From: Candidatus Poribacteria bacterium
GTDB taxonomy: Bacteria > Poribacteria > WGA-4E > UBA9662
Direction of reading: 5' to 3'
DNA length: 64,000 nucleotides
Assembly (NCBI GenBank): GCA_046582655.1
Contig: JAYGDX010000413.1
Coordinates: 64,001-128,000, forward strand
Shown: piece by piece, positions 40,779 through 50,094 of the stretch
Layout: each line of letters starts with the position of its first letter
Position numbering within the stretch: the first letter of the stretch is position 1
Position numbers and translations under genes: made by a program
Notes under the pieces: generated by a model
The model's database searches: none
Told to the model about the DNA's origin: nothing
What the model saw: the letters and a program-made list of their open reading frames with translations, nothing else

Positions 40779-42497
40779 ATGAATTGGAAATCAGCACCGC
40801 AATTTCTACAAACAATTATCGAAAAGTTCAATTCTGGTCAGAGTAATCAATTCATACTATACGGAAATGTACGCGATCTGTATTCGCTTGGGAAAGACCA
40901 GTTCTATAGCTTAATTGATTGTCTCAAACGGCTGATGGATCCCCCAGAAGGCGATCAACGGCGTATCATTGCCTATTACGATCTGATTAGTGGTGTTCAG
41001 TTCCGTAATCAAGACGACTTGGCTCTTGTTGAGTCCATTCTGGGAAAAGCTGAACTTCAGAAGTATATGCAAGATAGTATCCAGCATCCACTGCAAGCAT
41101 TGGTTTTTCTTCAGGAATTGAGCAAAATCAGCCTTCACACTATTAACTCCGAAAAGCAAGGATGGGGATTTATCATCAATCATGTTGAATCGTTGATCCA
41201 CCGTCAGGAAAGCAATCATCCGAACGAGGTCGAACAGCGAAAAGCGATGATTTTCCATCAATGGTTTACTGATCCTGCTTTTATTCGCGGACGCCATCTG
41301 GCTGTTCTAATTACACAAACGCTAGCAGAACTAAATGAAACGGTGGTTGAACTTCCTTTTGTCACCGCAATTCAAGTTCCTCGCCCCAGCGACACACAAC
41401 GGCAAAGGTATCTCCGATTTCTGAAAAAGCAGCACCAGGTTAGTTTAGGGCTAAAAGAAAAAGATGCCGTTTTTTACACCGGTGGATTGACACTGCAAGA
41501 TTTGCAGAAGATGTTTATGCAAGCAAATCATACCAACACGAAGCTAACTGCTGAAATGATATTTAAGCTTACGCAAGAAGTAATTGAGAAAGAACTCAGC
41601 GGTAATATTGAATTCCCAATTATTAACTATGATTTTTCTGATGTAATTGGGGCCAAAAAGTTACTAGCCAAGTTGGAAGAAATGAAGTCTTTCATCATGA
41701 GTGGGAACTCTGACTTGATGCCAACCGGCATTCTGGTACCTGGTCCAAACGGTGTTGGAAAGACCTATACTTTCAAAGCATTTGCCAAAGAGTGTGGTTA
41801 CCTACCGGTAATTATCAAGAATGTTCGTGGTCAGTACGTGGGACAGACCGAAATGACATGGGAGAGAATCCGGTCAATCCTTGAAGTCATGGGAAATGTA
41901 ATGGTGATCTATGACGAAGCAGATACAGAACTTGGAGGACGGAGTGCTGGCACACATGATGTCGATAAACGACTTTTTGGCGCAATTTTGAGGATGATGA
42001 GTGACCCTAATAATCGAGGGAAAATTATCTGGATAATTATCACTGCTAGGCCTGACAAATTAGAACCGGATATCAAACGAACCGGACGTGCTGGCGAACA
42101 CTTACCTGTCTTTGATCCAGAAGGACAAGAACGTGAAGAGTTTATCAACTTTGTCTTATCAAAAGTTGGACTGTCACTTGATAATTTTCTTGAAGATCAT
42201 AAACGACGATTTTTGGATCATACCGCCAGTTATTCTCCAGCTGATTTCGTCCAATTTTTAACCAACCTTGAACGCAAGAAACATCTCACATCGAGGAATC
42301 TGACTGTAGATGAGATTTTGGAAATTGGGTATGATTTCATACCCGACGATATCAGTTTACAACGACAATTGCAGGAATTATTAGCATTTGTCGAATGTTC
42401 ATACCAAAGCCTAATTCCGGAAAAATATGTCGATATGACCAAGCAAGAGGCTTACACGCAGATCAGTGAATTGAAAATTTTATTGGGTGAAAATTAG
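40779..42497 (+). CDS. AAA+ ATPase with a degenerate N-terminal AAA module and an intact C-terminal module
   Basis: C-terminal: FSDVIG, GPNGVGKT, GQYVGQTE pore loop, IYDEAD, TARPDKLEPDIKRTGR; N-terminal: FILYGNVRD and IINHVE at Walker A/B-like positions. Confidence 0.88.
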   Translation: MNWKSAPQFLQTIIEKFNSGQSNQFILYGNVRDLYSLGKDQFYSLIDCLKRLMDPPEGDQRRIIAYYDLISGVQFRNQDDLALVESILGKAELQKYMQDSIQHPLQALVFLQELSKISLHTINSEKQGWGFIINHVESLIHRQESNHPNEVEQRKAMIFHQWFTDPAFIRGRHLAVLITQTLAELNETVVELPFVTAIQVPRPSDTQRQRYLRFLKKQHQVSLGLKEKDAVFYTGGLTLQDLQKMFMQANHTNTKLTAEMIFKLTQEVIEKELSGNIEFPIINYDFSDVIGAKKLLAKLEEMKSFIMSGNSDLMPTGILVPGPNGVGKTYTFKAFAKECGYLPVIIKNVRGQYVGQTEMTWERIRSILEVMGNVMVIYDEADTELGGRSAGTHDVDKRLFGAILRMMSDPNNRGKIIWIIITARPDKLEPDIKRTGRAGEHLPVFDPEGQEREEFINFVLSKVGLSLDNFLEDHKRRFLDHTASYSPADFVQFLTNLERKKHLTSRNLTVDEILEIGYDFIPDDISLQRQLQELLAFVECSYQSLIPEKYVDMTKQEAYTQISELKILLGEN

Positions 42498-42545
42498 ATC
42501 TCGCTTTTTCTGCCTAGTAACGTTGAGACTAAAGTTGCAATTCCA

Positions 42546-43271
42546 ATGCGATACCAAAGGATTTTGTTCGTTACTATGATGTTTGGGCTCGTAGCTATAA
42601 TTAGACCCATAACAGCTTAAACAATTCTTGACTTGTTTAATCGGCGACCTTACTAGAATGGCAGGGAGATAATGAGTCTTGGAAGATTATAGTTAATAGT
42701 ATCGCTGGACCGAATGCAACACTTCCTCATACAATGAAACTTAACACTCTAAGTGGTGAAGGCAGTTCGCAGTCTCTCAACACCTAACCTAATTCTTGAG
42801 ATTGGGAAAGGTCTGGAGTTTTTTGATAGGTAGAAGATTTGGATCTTCTAGTACGGATGCAAACCACAGATTCGACAACCATCTATGGATGCCGGATTCA
42901 GTTGAGGACAATTTAGATGGTCAAATCCGGTTACGAAGATTTGCTAATAATGCTAGGTTCTATTCAATCAGGTTCCTCCAGCCAGGAAACCGGGCTGAAT
43001 AGAACCCTCCTAACTCATTCCAAATACATGGTTTCATTATGATACTGCGACTTTGGCATACGCAGAGATCTTGATCTATAGCAGTGCAGGCCGAATTGTA
43101 AGGACATTACCTGACGGTCATCAATCAGCGAGTTGGCATGATGACGAAATCCAATCTGCCCACCGGAGTGAAAGAGATAATTACGACGATATGGTTGCAA
43201 ACGACATGTACTTTTGCACTCTTAGTGCCGATCAATTTACCGCAACAAGAAAAGAGACCTTTGTGAGGTAA
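42546..43271 (+). pseudogene. Decayed gene for a secreted protein with a T9SS-type C-terminal sorting domain
   Basis: Signal-peptide-like MRYQRILFVTMMFGLVAIIRPITA followed by a stop; 43053-43271 (ILIYSSAGRIVRTL..GHQSA...MYFCTLSADQFTATRK) aligns with the C-terminus of 6324..8102 but has lost WDG/NPFNP; several stops and shifts. Confidence 0.65.
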
Positions 43272-43287
43272 ATCTCAGGAATTTACG

Positions 43288-43683
43288 ATGCATAGGATTC
43301 TCGTTCTTTTTCTGTTTCTCTGTTTCTTTACAGTCATGGAATTTGAGGCAGACTCACAAATCCTAATTGATGGAACTCGCCAAAAAGTTCATGGCTTATA
43401 CTATAGTGCCGATGATGAGATTATTGCGGCTACTACCTCCAGTGGTGTGAATTTATATAACACTAAAAAGCGAAAGAGGATTTTCGCAATTCGGCTTCCC
43501 GACGTATCTAAACAAGTTGCCTTTGAAGTAAAGAGACACTGGATTGCAGTTCTTGTAAGCACTGGTACAATCCACGTCTGGGATATCCAAGGACAAAAAA
43601 AGTATTCACTATTCAAGCAGAACAGATTAAAAAAGAAATTGCTGATATTTGGTTCATATCTTCAGGACTATACGTTGGTTTGA
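43288..43683 (+). CDS. N-terminal part (signal peptide plus WD40-like blades) of a frameshifted gene continuing in 43680..45584
   Basis: Signal peptide, GTIHVWDI WD40 end; -1 frame is open from the A7 run at 43595-43601 into the next ORF. Confidence 0.65.
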   Translation: MHRILVLFLFLCFFTVMEFEADSQILIDGTRQKVHGLYYSADDEIIAATTSSGVNLYNTKKRKRIFAIRLPDVSKQVAFEVKRHWIAVLVSTGTIHVWDIQGQKKYSLFKQNRLKKKLLIFGSYLQDYTLV

Positions 43684-45584
43684 TTGATGGAACACTTTTG
43701 AAATTTAATATTGGACAAACCAAACCGAAGCAAGTCATTGGTGCGAATTACAGTTATGTGACAGAGCTCCGTTTCATCCCAACAAGCAAGCATCAATTCG
43801 TAATTCGCCATAATAATAAAATCAGTTTCCACAGTTTCAGAAAAACATTGTGGGAAGGTATAAACGGATCTGATGTTAATATGAATATGATGGCGTTCAG
43901 CCCTTTAGGCGACCAAATGGCACTTGTCCGTAATAACATTGTAGAGGTAAGAGACTGTCAAACAGGCGACATGCGCAATCTGATGGAATATGACGATAAA
44001 ATTGTAAGCTTCTGTTTTGCACGTCAACCTAACGTTGCTGTTTCTGCATCATCTGATAACACAATACAAGTATGGAATCTATCAGCTAACCGGATAACAA
44101 AAACATATCGATACAAACAAGTTAATTCGCCTATTCAAAATCTGGCTTGTGCGGGCAATGGCAAGCAATTTGCCTTTGCAACTGCTGAGGGGAAAATTTG
44201 GCTTGGTGGCGAAGTCCGAAGGAGAAGTATAGCAAAACAAGTAAAGCCGAAAAAGACTCAGGTGTTGGCTAAAAAGCCAAAGAGATTGGTGTTGAAGGCA
44301 ACTCCTCTACCACCTTATGTTGTCGCAGTAGGAGAGACTATCGAAATCCAAGTCGACTGTTCAATATCAGCGATGATACGGTTATTTACGCCGATCGATA
44401 ACACCAACTTTGATTCAAACCGCAATCTGTTTCGATGGACACCCGATTTCTCTCAGATCGGAGAAAAGAATATCAGATTTTTAGCAGAAACGAAAGATGG
44501 TCGCTCAACCTCCCTTGATCTTGATATTGAGGTGCAATCCATCAACGTTGCGCCAGTCTTCACCCAAATCGGTGCGTTTATGGTACGAGAAGTTCCAACA
44601 CCAAAATTAACAGTCAATGAAGGAGAAGTGCTTGATACCAAGGTACAGGCATATGATCGAAATGGCGATCCGCTCACCTATACCGCAACGGATTTACCAA
44701 GCGATGCTCAGTTTGATAAGAATCGAATTCGCTGGGAACCATCGTTTGATTTTGTGTCTACTGAAGACCTTAAAACTGAAATCCCAGTCACGTTGACAGT
44801 TAGCGATGGCGAACTTGACACCAAACTTCCGATTACTATTGTTGTGTTCAACATAGAGCAACCTGAGGAGCAACCGGCAGAGAATACGCAGGTTGATCTG
44901 CGACCGCCTGACCAGATGATTCGGGTTCCTGAAAGTAATTTTGTGATTGGTATAGACAGTGACATTTCAGAAAAATCAGGCAATACAGTTTTTACCTTAG
45001 CATTTGATGTTGATCGGTTTGAAGTTACAAACGCGGAGTACGTCAGCTTTTTGAACAGTTATCAGCGTGTCGTCGATACAGATGGTAGAGTGTTAATTAG
45101 CCTTGACTCTCAGGCCACGAAGATTGAGAAAACCAGCAATGGATATCAAGTCCAATCCGTCTTTGAAAGGCACCCGGTTGTAGGCGTGAGTTGGTACGGT
45201 GCACAAACTTATGCAGAATGGGCAGGTAAACGTTTATTGACTGAGACTGAGTGGGAATGGATTGCTCGAGGTAATAATCAGCGTCTATTTCCTTGGGGGA
45301 ACCAGCCTCCTGACAGGAATCTACTAAATTATAGATCTAAAGCACCAGTTCCAGTAGGGAGTTACCCCAGAGGTGCAAATCCGTTGGGCATACATGATTT
45401 AGCCGGAAACGTGGCGGAGTGGGTCACACCAAAGAAAGTTCCTGGGAAAGCAAAGATAGTCCGTGGTGGATCATGGAAGAGTCTAAATCCGAGAAGTGTG
45501 AGAACAACCGCGAGGTTTCCGCTGCTACCTGATCAAATGATTTCCTGGGTCGGTTTCCGTTGCGCACGTGATATTGAAAACTGA
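43680..45584 (+). CDS. WD40 plus Ig-like plus FGE-sulfatase (SUMF1-like) domain protein, C-terminal part
   Basis: SASSDNTIQVWNL; FRWTP / D.NGDPLTY Ig-like repeats; FEVTNAEY, HPVVGVSWYGA..YA.WAGKRL.TE.EWE, GNVAEW, RGGSW, GFRCA. Confidence 0.85.
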   Translation: MIDGTLLKFNIGQTKPKQVIGANYSYVTELRFIPTSKHQFVIRHNNKISFHSFRKTLWEGINGSDVNMNMMAFSPLGDQMALVRNNIVEVRDCQTGDMRNLMEYDDKIVSFCFARQPNVAVSASSDNTIQVWNLSANRITKTYRYKQVNSPIQNLACAGNGKQFAFATAEGKIWLGGEVRRRSIAKQVKPKKTQVLAKKPKRLVLKATPLPPYVVAVGETIEIQVDCSISAMIRLFTPIDNTNFDSNRNLFRWTPDFSQIGEKNIRFLAETKDGRSTSLDLDIEVQSINVAPVFTQIGAFMVREVPTPKLTVNEGEVLDTKVQAYDRNGDPLTYTATDLPSDAQFDKNRIRWEPSFDFVSTEDLKTEIPVTLTVSDGELDTKLPITIVVFNIEQPEEQPAENTQVDLRPPDQMIRVPESNFVIGIDSDISEKSGNTVFTLAFDVDRFEVTNAEYVSFLNSYQRVVDTDGRVLISLDSQATKIEKTSNGYQVQSVFERHPVVGVSWYGAQTYAEWAGKRLLTETEWEWIARGNNQRLFPWGNQPPDRNLLNYRSKAPVPVGSYPRGANPLGIHDLAGNVAEWVTPKKVPGKAKIVRGGSWKSLNPRSVRTTARFPLLPDQMISWVGFRCARDIEN

Positions 45585-45650
45585 GATGTTTCTAACCATT
45601 GTTTTGATGGTTAGGTATTTATTAGGACAAAATTTTGAAATTGATGGAGT

Positions 45651-46457
45651 ATGAATATTATGATAAAAGTTATTGTTGATGGTGCCTGCGGTCGAATGGG
45701 ACGAATGCTGATTTTCTTAGTCACTCGACAACCAGACATGGAACTTGTTGGAGCAACTGAGTATCCTACACATCCGAAAATGGGTACCGATGCCGGTGAG
45801 GTCGCCGGCATCGGTTCACTTGGCGTTAAAATTGTGGCAAATCTAGCAGATGTTATCGATCAGGGAGATGTCGCCATCGAATTCACTTCTCCTGAAGCCA
45901 CTGTTTCCAATCTCAAAAAAGTCGTTGATGCAAAGAAGTCCATGGTCATTGGCACAACAGGTTGTACGGCCGATCAATTGGCGAAAATTCGCTTGTTGGC
46001 GGAACATATTCCGTGTCTAATGTCACCTAACATGAGCGTTGGTGTTAATGTTATGTTAAGAGCCATTGAGCTGGTGGCTAAAGCGCTTGGTGATGATTAT
46101 GATGTCGAGGTTATCGAAGCACACCATAATCAGAAAAAAGATTCACCAAGCGGTACTGCCGTTCGTATTGCCGATGTGCTGGCAACTGCATTGGATCGGG
46201 ACATGAATCAAGTTGGAGTTTATGGACGTGAGGGAATAGTTGGAGTACGTCCTAAGAAAGAGATCGGTGTTCATGCGGTTCGTGGAGGTGATATTGTCGG
46301 TGATCACACGGTCCTTTTCGCCGGAATTGGTGAGCGGTTGGAGATCTCCCATCGCGCACAGAGCCGGGAGTCTTTTGCCAGTGGAGCGATCCGCGCGACA
46401 CGATGGATTGTTAACGCGCCCAATGGGCTTCATGATATCAGTGAGGTCCTCTTTTAA
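45651..46457 (+). CDS. dapB: 4-hydroxy-tetrahydrodipicolinate reductase
   Basis: GACGRMG, IGTTG, PNMSVGVN, EAHHNQKKDSPSGTA, RGGDIVGDH. Confidence 0.97.
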   Translation: MNIMIKVIVDGACGRMGRMLIFLVTRQPDMELVGATEYPTHPKMGTDAGEVAGIGSLGVKIVANLADVIDQGDVAIEFTSPEATVSNLKKVVDAKKSMVIGTTGCTADQLAKIRLLAEHIPCLMSPNMSVGVNVMLRAIELVAKALGDDYDVEVIEAHHNQKKDSPSGTAVRIADVLATALDRDMNQVGVYGREGIVGVRPKKEIGVHAVRGGDIVGDHTVLFAGIGERLEISHRAQSRESFASGAIRATRWIVNAPNGLHDISEVLF

Positions 46458-46499
46458 ATACCTAATAGAGAATTTGGTAAACTATAAGGGAAATATATT

Positions 46500-47075
46500 G
46501 TGGATTTGAAAGAGAAAATTGAAAGTTGGTTTATCCCACTTTCCTACAGTGATAAAACCCTGAGTTCGGCTTATCAAGAACTTCAGGAATTCGGTTTGAA
46601 ACAGGAGGAAATCCCGTACATCATACAGATCGTGGAAAATCCTAAATTTGACTTGCCGGGTGGTGATATCTTCCACGGAAAAACAAATATAGAGACACAC
46701 GATTACCTTCACATTATTTTGGGCAGAGGGATCCTAGCAAAAGATGAGGCTTTTGTCATCGGCTTCACTATGGGAAGTACCAACCGTGTGACTTCCACTG
46801 AGGAAAACCTTTACAGTTTTTTTACCAAGTATTTATATCCTAAAGCATACCGCTTCACAGACGAAGACTTACATGTTTTTAAGGATGCTGTAAAGCTTGG
46901 CTTTATTTCTGATTGTCAGACTTTGTCCGAGGTGGATTATTCTCGGTATCTTGAGCAGCCGCTGGGGGAAATACGAGAAGACTTGGGCATAGAAACGAAT
47001 CTTTTACAAGCCTATTACACTATTGAGAAACGACGATACCCAAAATCTGTGGAAAGTCAAAGGTTGCTCAGTTAG
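46500..47075 (+). CDS. Coq4-like protein (HDxxH-x11-E motif)
   Basis: HDYLH-IILGRGILAKD-E spacing and C-terminal EQPLGEIREDLGI. Confidence 0.55.
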   Translation: MDLKEKIESWFIPLSYSDKTLSSAYQELQEFGLKQEEIPYIIQIVENPKFDLPGGDIFHGKTNIETHDYLHIILGRGILAKDEAFVIGFTMGSTNRVTSTEENLYSFFTKYLYPKAYRFTDEDLHVFKDAVKLGFISDCQTLSEVDYSRYLEQPLGEIREDLGIETNLLQAYYTIEKRRYPKSVESQRLLS

Positions 47076-47171
47076 AAGCCTATAGTGAAGATATCCGTTC
47101 AATTGGAAGCAGCGTGGATAAATCCAGTCATTCCATTTCTTTAGCCATTACTAAATTTAAGGAGACCAATT

Positions 47172-49019
47172 ATGCCTTTAAAGAGGTTGATTATCGTTGT
47201 TTTACTGAGTGTGATATATTTCGTTTCGCTGACCAGTGCGCAACAATATTTCTCAGACGAAATAGGGCCTACTCGAGTTAGAATTATCCAATCTCAGGAT
47301 CCGTTGTTGATTCCCTATATCACCTGGGGAGGCGAATCGGCGCTGTTCTACGCTAACGGAGGGTTAAACACCCAACCTAATTCAATCATGGCGAGTTTGG
47401 GATTAAATTTAAAGCTGGTGCCAGGTGATAACTTCATGCAGCAAGTCAGAGATTATCTGGCTGGTAAATCTCCTATTCTGCGTGGTACGTTTAGAATGAT
47501 TGCCCAAGCTAGCGAAGTGATTGGACGTGACCCAAGAACGCAGGGCGTTGTTTTTGGCCAGTTAACTTGGTCTGCCGGTGATCATTTCGTCGGCAGGTCT
47601 AATATCAGAAAGATCTCCGATTTAAAAGGTAAAAAGATTGCCATACAAAAGGGAGGACCTCATATCGGTATGCTGTACGATATGTTGTTGACTGCTAGGC
47701 TTCCAAAGTCGGATCTGGAAATCATCTGGATGGATGAATTAACGGGGGCAAACAGCCCAGCAGAGAAGTTCAGAAAAGATTCGACGGTCTCCGGTTGCTT
47801 TGTCATTACGCCAGATATGCTCAGCTTGGTTGGTGATTATCAAGCAGTTGGTGACGGTACAGGAGGTACAGTCAAAAGCGCACGATTGGTGGTTAGTACC
47901 GCAACACTCTCCCGATCGATTGCAGATGTCTATGCATGTCGAAAAGACTACTCCGACAAGAGCAGAGGCATTATTGAAAAGTTTTTTGCCGGGTATCTGA
48001 AAGGGGCAGAAGAAGTTATTCGGTTGAAGAAGAGCTATGAATCGGGAGGATCAAAAGAGTATACGGCTCTACTTCAAATGATGCAGGATATCTATGGGAA
48101 GGATGTGTTGCCAACACTTGATGAAGACGCTCATGGACTTATCGCTGATTGTACTTTTGTCGGACAACCTGGTAATATGGCATTTTTTAATGATCCTACA
48201 AATATTGTAACCGGGTTTGAAGGATTTAATAAAAATGGATTGGACATGGCCGTCAACTGGGGATTTGCCAGAAAGAGATACGATTTGATTCCTTCCAGTT
48301 TGGATTTCAATTCGCCGACCTTTGCAACCTTCCTAACAACAACCGTTACAACCCCAATTCAAAGGAAACGTTTCAAAGAAGAATCGGTTAGAGCCGAAAT
48401 TGAAACATTTAGCGAAGAAGACGTTCTTGATGACAACACACTAATATCATTTACAATTCAATTTGAGGCCAATCAAGATACGTTTAGTGAAGCCCGGTAT
48501 CGTGAAGAATTCGATCGAGTGATTGAGCTCGCTTCTCGGTATGGTAACGCGGCAGTAGCGATTAAAGGGCATACCGATCCCTCGAAAGTCCTGTTCGCTC
48601 TGGTAAAAACCGGAATTAAAAGAGGAATTCTAAAGCGCACGGGAACTAGAGGGAATTACGAGTACTTCATGAACGGTAGGCCCTTTAGTTTGGAAGATAC
48701 CTCCGAATTGATTCGACTCATTCAGCAAAAAAAATTTGATGACGGGAGCGACTTTGATGGACCATACCAAATAATGAGAGCTGGTCTAAAACTGTCTGAG
48801 CAGAGAGGTAAAGCTGTCAAACAAGCAATTCTTGCCTATGCCAATAGACTAAACGCGAGGATTGAAGCTGAACAGATTGTCCCAGTTGGAGTTGGCATCA
48901 AAGAACCTGTCATTGCTAAGCCAACTAATCCGGCGGAAGCAGGAAAAAACCGACGTGTGGAATTTGCCTTAATTAAGATCTCTTCCGAGTCTGTTGCTGA
49001 AGCCGATTTTGATTTCTAA
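47172..49019 (+). CDS. Secreted solute-binding protein fused to an OmpA-like domain that carries an insertion
   Basis: Signal peptide; ITWGG, TWSAGDH, SIADVYA; then IQFEANQ, KGHTD, about 75-aa insert, LSEQRG.AVK, GVG..EP, NRRVEF. Confidence 0.8.
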   Translation: MPLKRLIIVVLLSVIYFVSLTSAQQYFSDEIGPTRVRIIQSQDPLLIPYITWGGESALFYANGGLNTQPNSIMASLGLNLKLVPGDNFMQQVRDYLAGKSPILRGTFRMIAQASEVIGRDPRTQGVVFGQLTWSAGDHFVGRSNIRKISDLKGKKIAIQKGGPHIGMLYDMLLTARLPKSDLEIIWMDELTGANSPAEKFRKDSTVSGCFVITPDMLSLVGDYQAVGDGTGGTVKSARLVVSTATLSRSIADVYACRKDYSDKSRGIIEKFFAGYLKGAEEVIRLKKSYESGGSKEYTALLQMMQDIYGKDVLPTLDEDAHGLIADCTFVGQPGNMAFFNDPTNIVTGFEGFNKNGLDMAVNWGFARKRYDLIPSSLDFNSPTFATFLTTTVTTPIQRKRFKEESVRAEIETFSEEDVLDDNTLISFTIQFEANQDTFSEARYREEFDRVIELASRYGNAAVAIKGHTDPSKVLFALVKTGIKRGILKRTGTRGNYEYFMNGRPFSLEDTSELIRLIQQKKFDDGSDFDGPYQIMRAGLKLSEQRGKAVKQAILAYANRLNARIEAEQIVPVGVGIKEPVIAKPTNPAEAGKNRRVEFALIKISSESVAEADFDF

Positions 49020-49101
49020 TAAGGCTCAATTCTTAAATTTTTATTACTCACATCAATCACATCAGCAATTAGACCCATAATGTCAAAAAGGGAGCTCGGC
49101 T

Positions 49102-50055
49102 ATGCAGAACACAAGCTCGCCAGTGGTGCTATTAACTATCTATGCCTTCCTTGTATCTTTATCTGTGACTGTCTTACCTGATGAAAATGTGCACACAGAT
49201 AACATTGTCGTTATCTTGGATGCGTCGGGATCGATGGGGGAGAAATTCAGCAGTGATCCAACGAAGACGAGGATGAATGCAGCCAAAGAAGCATTGCAAA
49301 CCGTTTTAACGACAATTCTCGACGGCACCAATATTGGACTACTCGTTTTCAGTGGTTCCAATGTAAAAAACCATTGGGTTTATCCTCTCGGACCAAAGGA
49401 CAACGAGGCTTTGATTAAGGCGATTAACTTTCCCCTACCTGGCGGAACAACACCCCTTGGTACATACCTCAAAATTGGTGCTAACCGACTTCTTGAACAG
49501 CGGGAAAAACAGTACAACTACGGCAGCTATCGTCTATTAGTTGTCACTGATGGTGCAGCGAGTGACCCTGATAAAGTTCGGCTGTATACGCCAGAGATAA
49601 TGCATAAACAAATACGGATCGATGTAATCGGCGTCGACATGGAACAAGATCATATGTTAGCCACTGTTGTTGATAGTTACCGTCGGGCGGACAATCCGGA
49701 ACAGCTAATTAAAGCGGTATCTGAGGTCCTGGCTGAGGTTGCCGGTACAGGGATAGATTCTGGAGGTGAGGATATATTCGAATTAATTTCACCACTCACT
49801 GAAGAATTGGCCTCGTCTCTAATTGATGAAATGACAAAAGTTCCAGGGAATCAGCCAATTGGCAAGCAACTGGTAACGCCCAAACAGGCCACAAAAATGG
49901 ATACAGCAAACCAAATAGTCAATGCAAATACCAATCAACCAAGTAATCAAGATTCCGAAATGGGATTTCACATCTGGTTTATTATCATTATTATCAGTTT
50001 ATCAGTAATAATGTGGGTCGTTTTTAAAAACAGAAACAAATCGAGCCAACAGTAA
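49102..50055 (+). CDS. Exported VWA-domain protein with C-terminal membrane anchor
   Basis: Signal peptide, LDASGSM MIDAS, GGTTPL, VVTDG, C-terminal TM plus basic tail. Confidence 0.85.
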   Translation: MQNTSSPVVLLTIYAFLVSLSVTVLPDENVHTDNIVVILDASGSMGEKFSSDPTKTRMNAAKEALQTVLTTILDGTNIGLLVFSGSNVKNHWVYPLGPKDNEALIKAINFPLPGGTTPLGTYLKIGANRLLEQREKQYNYGSYRLLVVTDGAASDPDKVRLYTPEIMHKQIRIDVIGVDMEQDHMLATVVDSYRRADNPEQLIKAVSEVLAEVAGTGIDSGGEDIFELISPLTEELASSLIDEMTKVPGNQPIGKQLVTPKQATKMDTANQIVNANTNQPSNQDSEMGFHIWFIIIIISLSVIMWVVFKNRNKSSQQ

Positions 50056-50094
50056 CGCATGGAACAAATAGATTTGATCAGAGAGGTACGTTAA

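Noticed and set aside
45400..45584. FGE/CLec C-terminus as a diversity-generating retroelement target
   Set aside because: No reverse transcriptase and no second near-identical template repeat seen in the window
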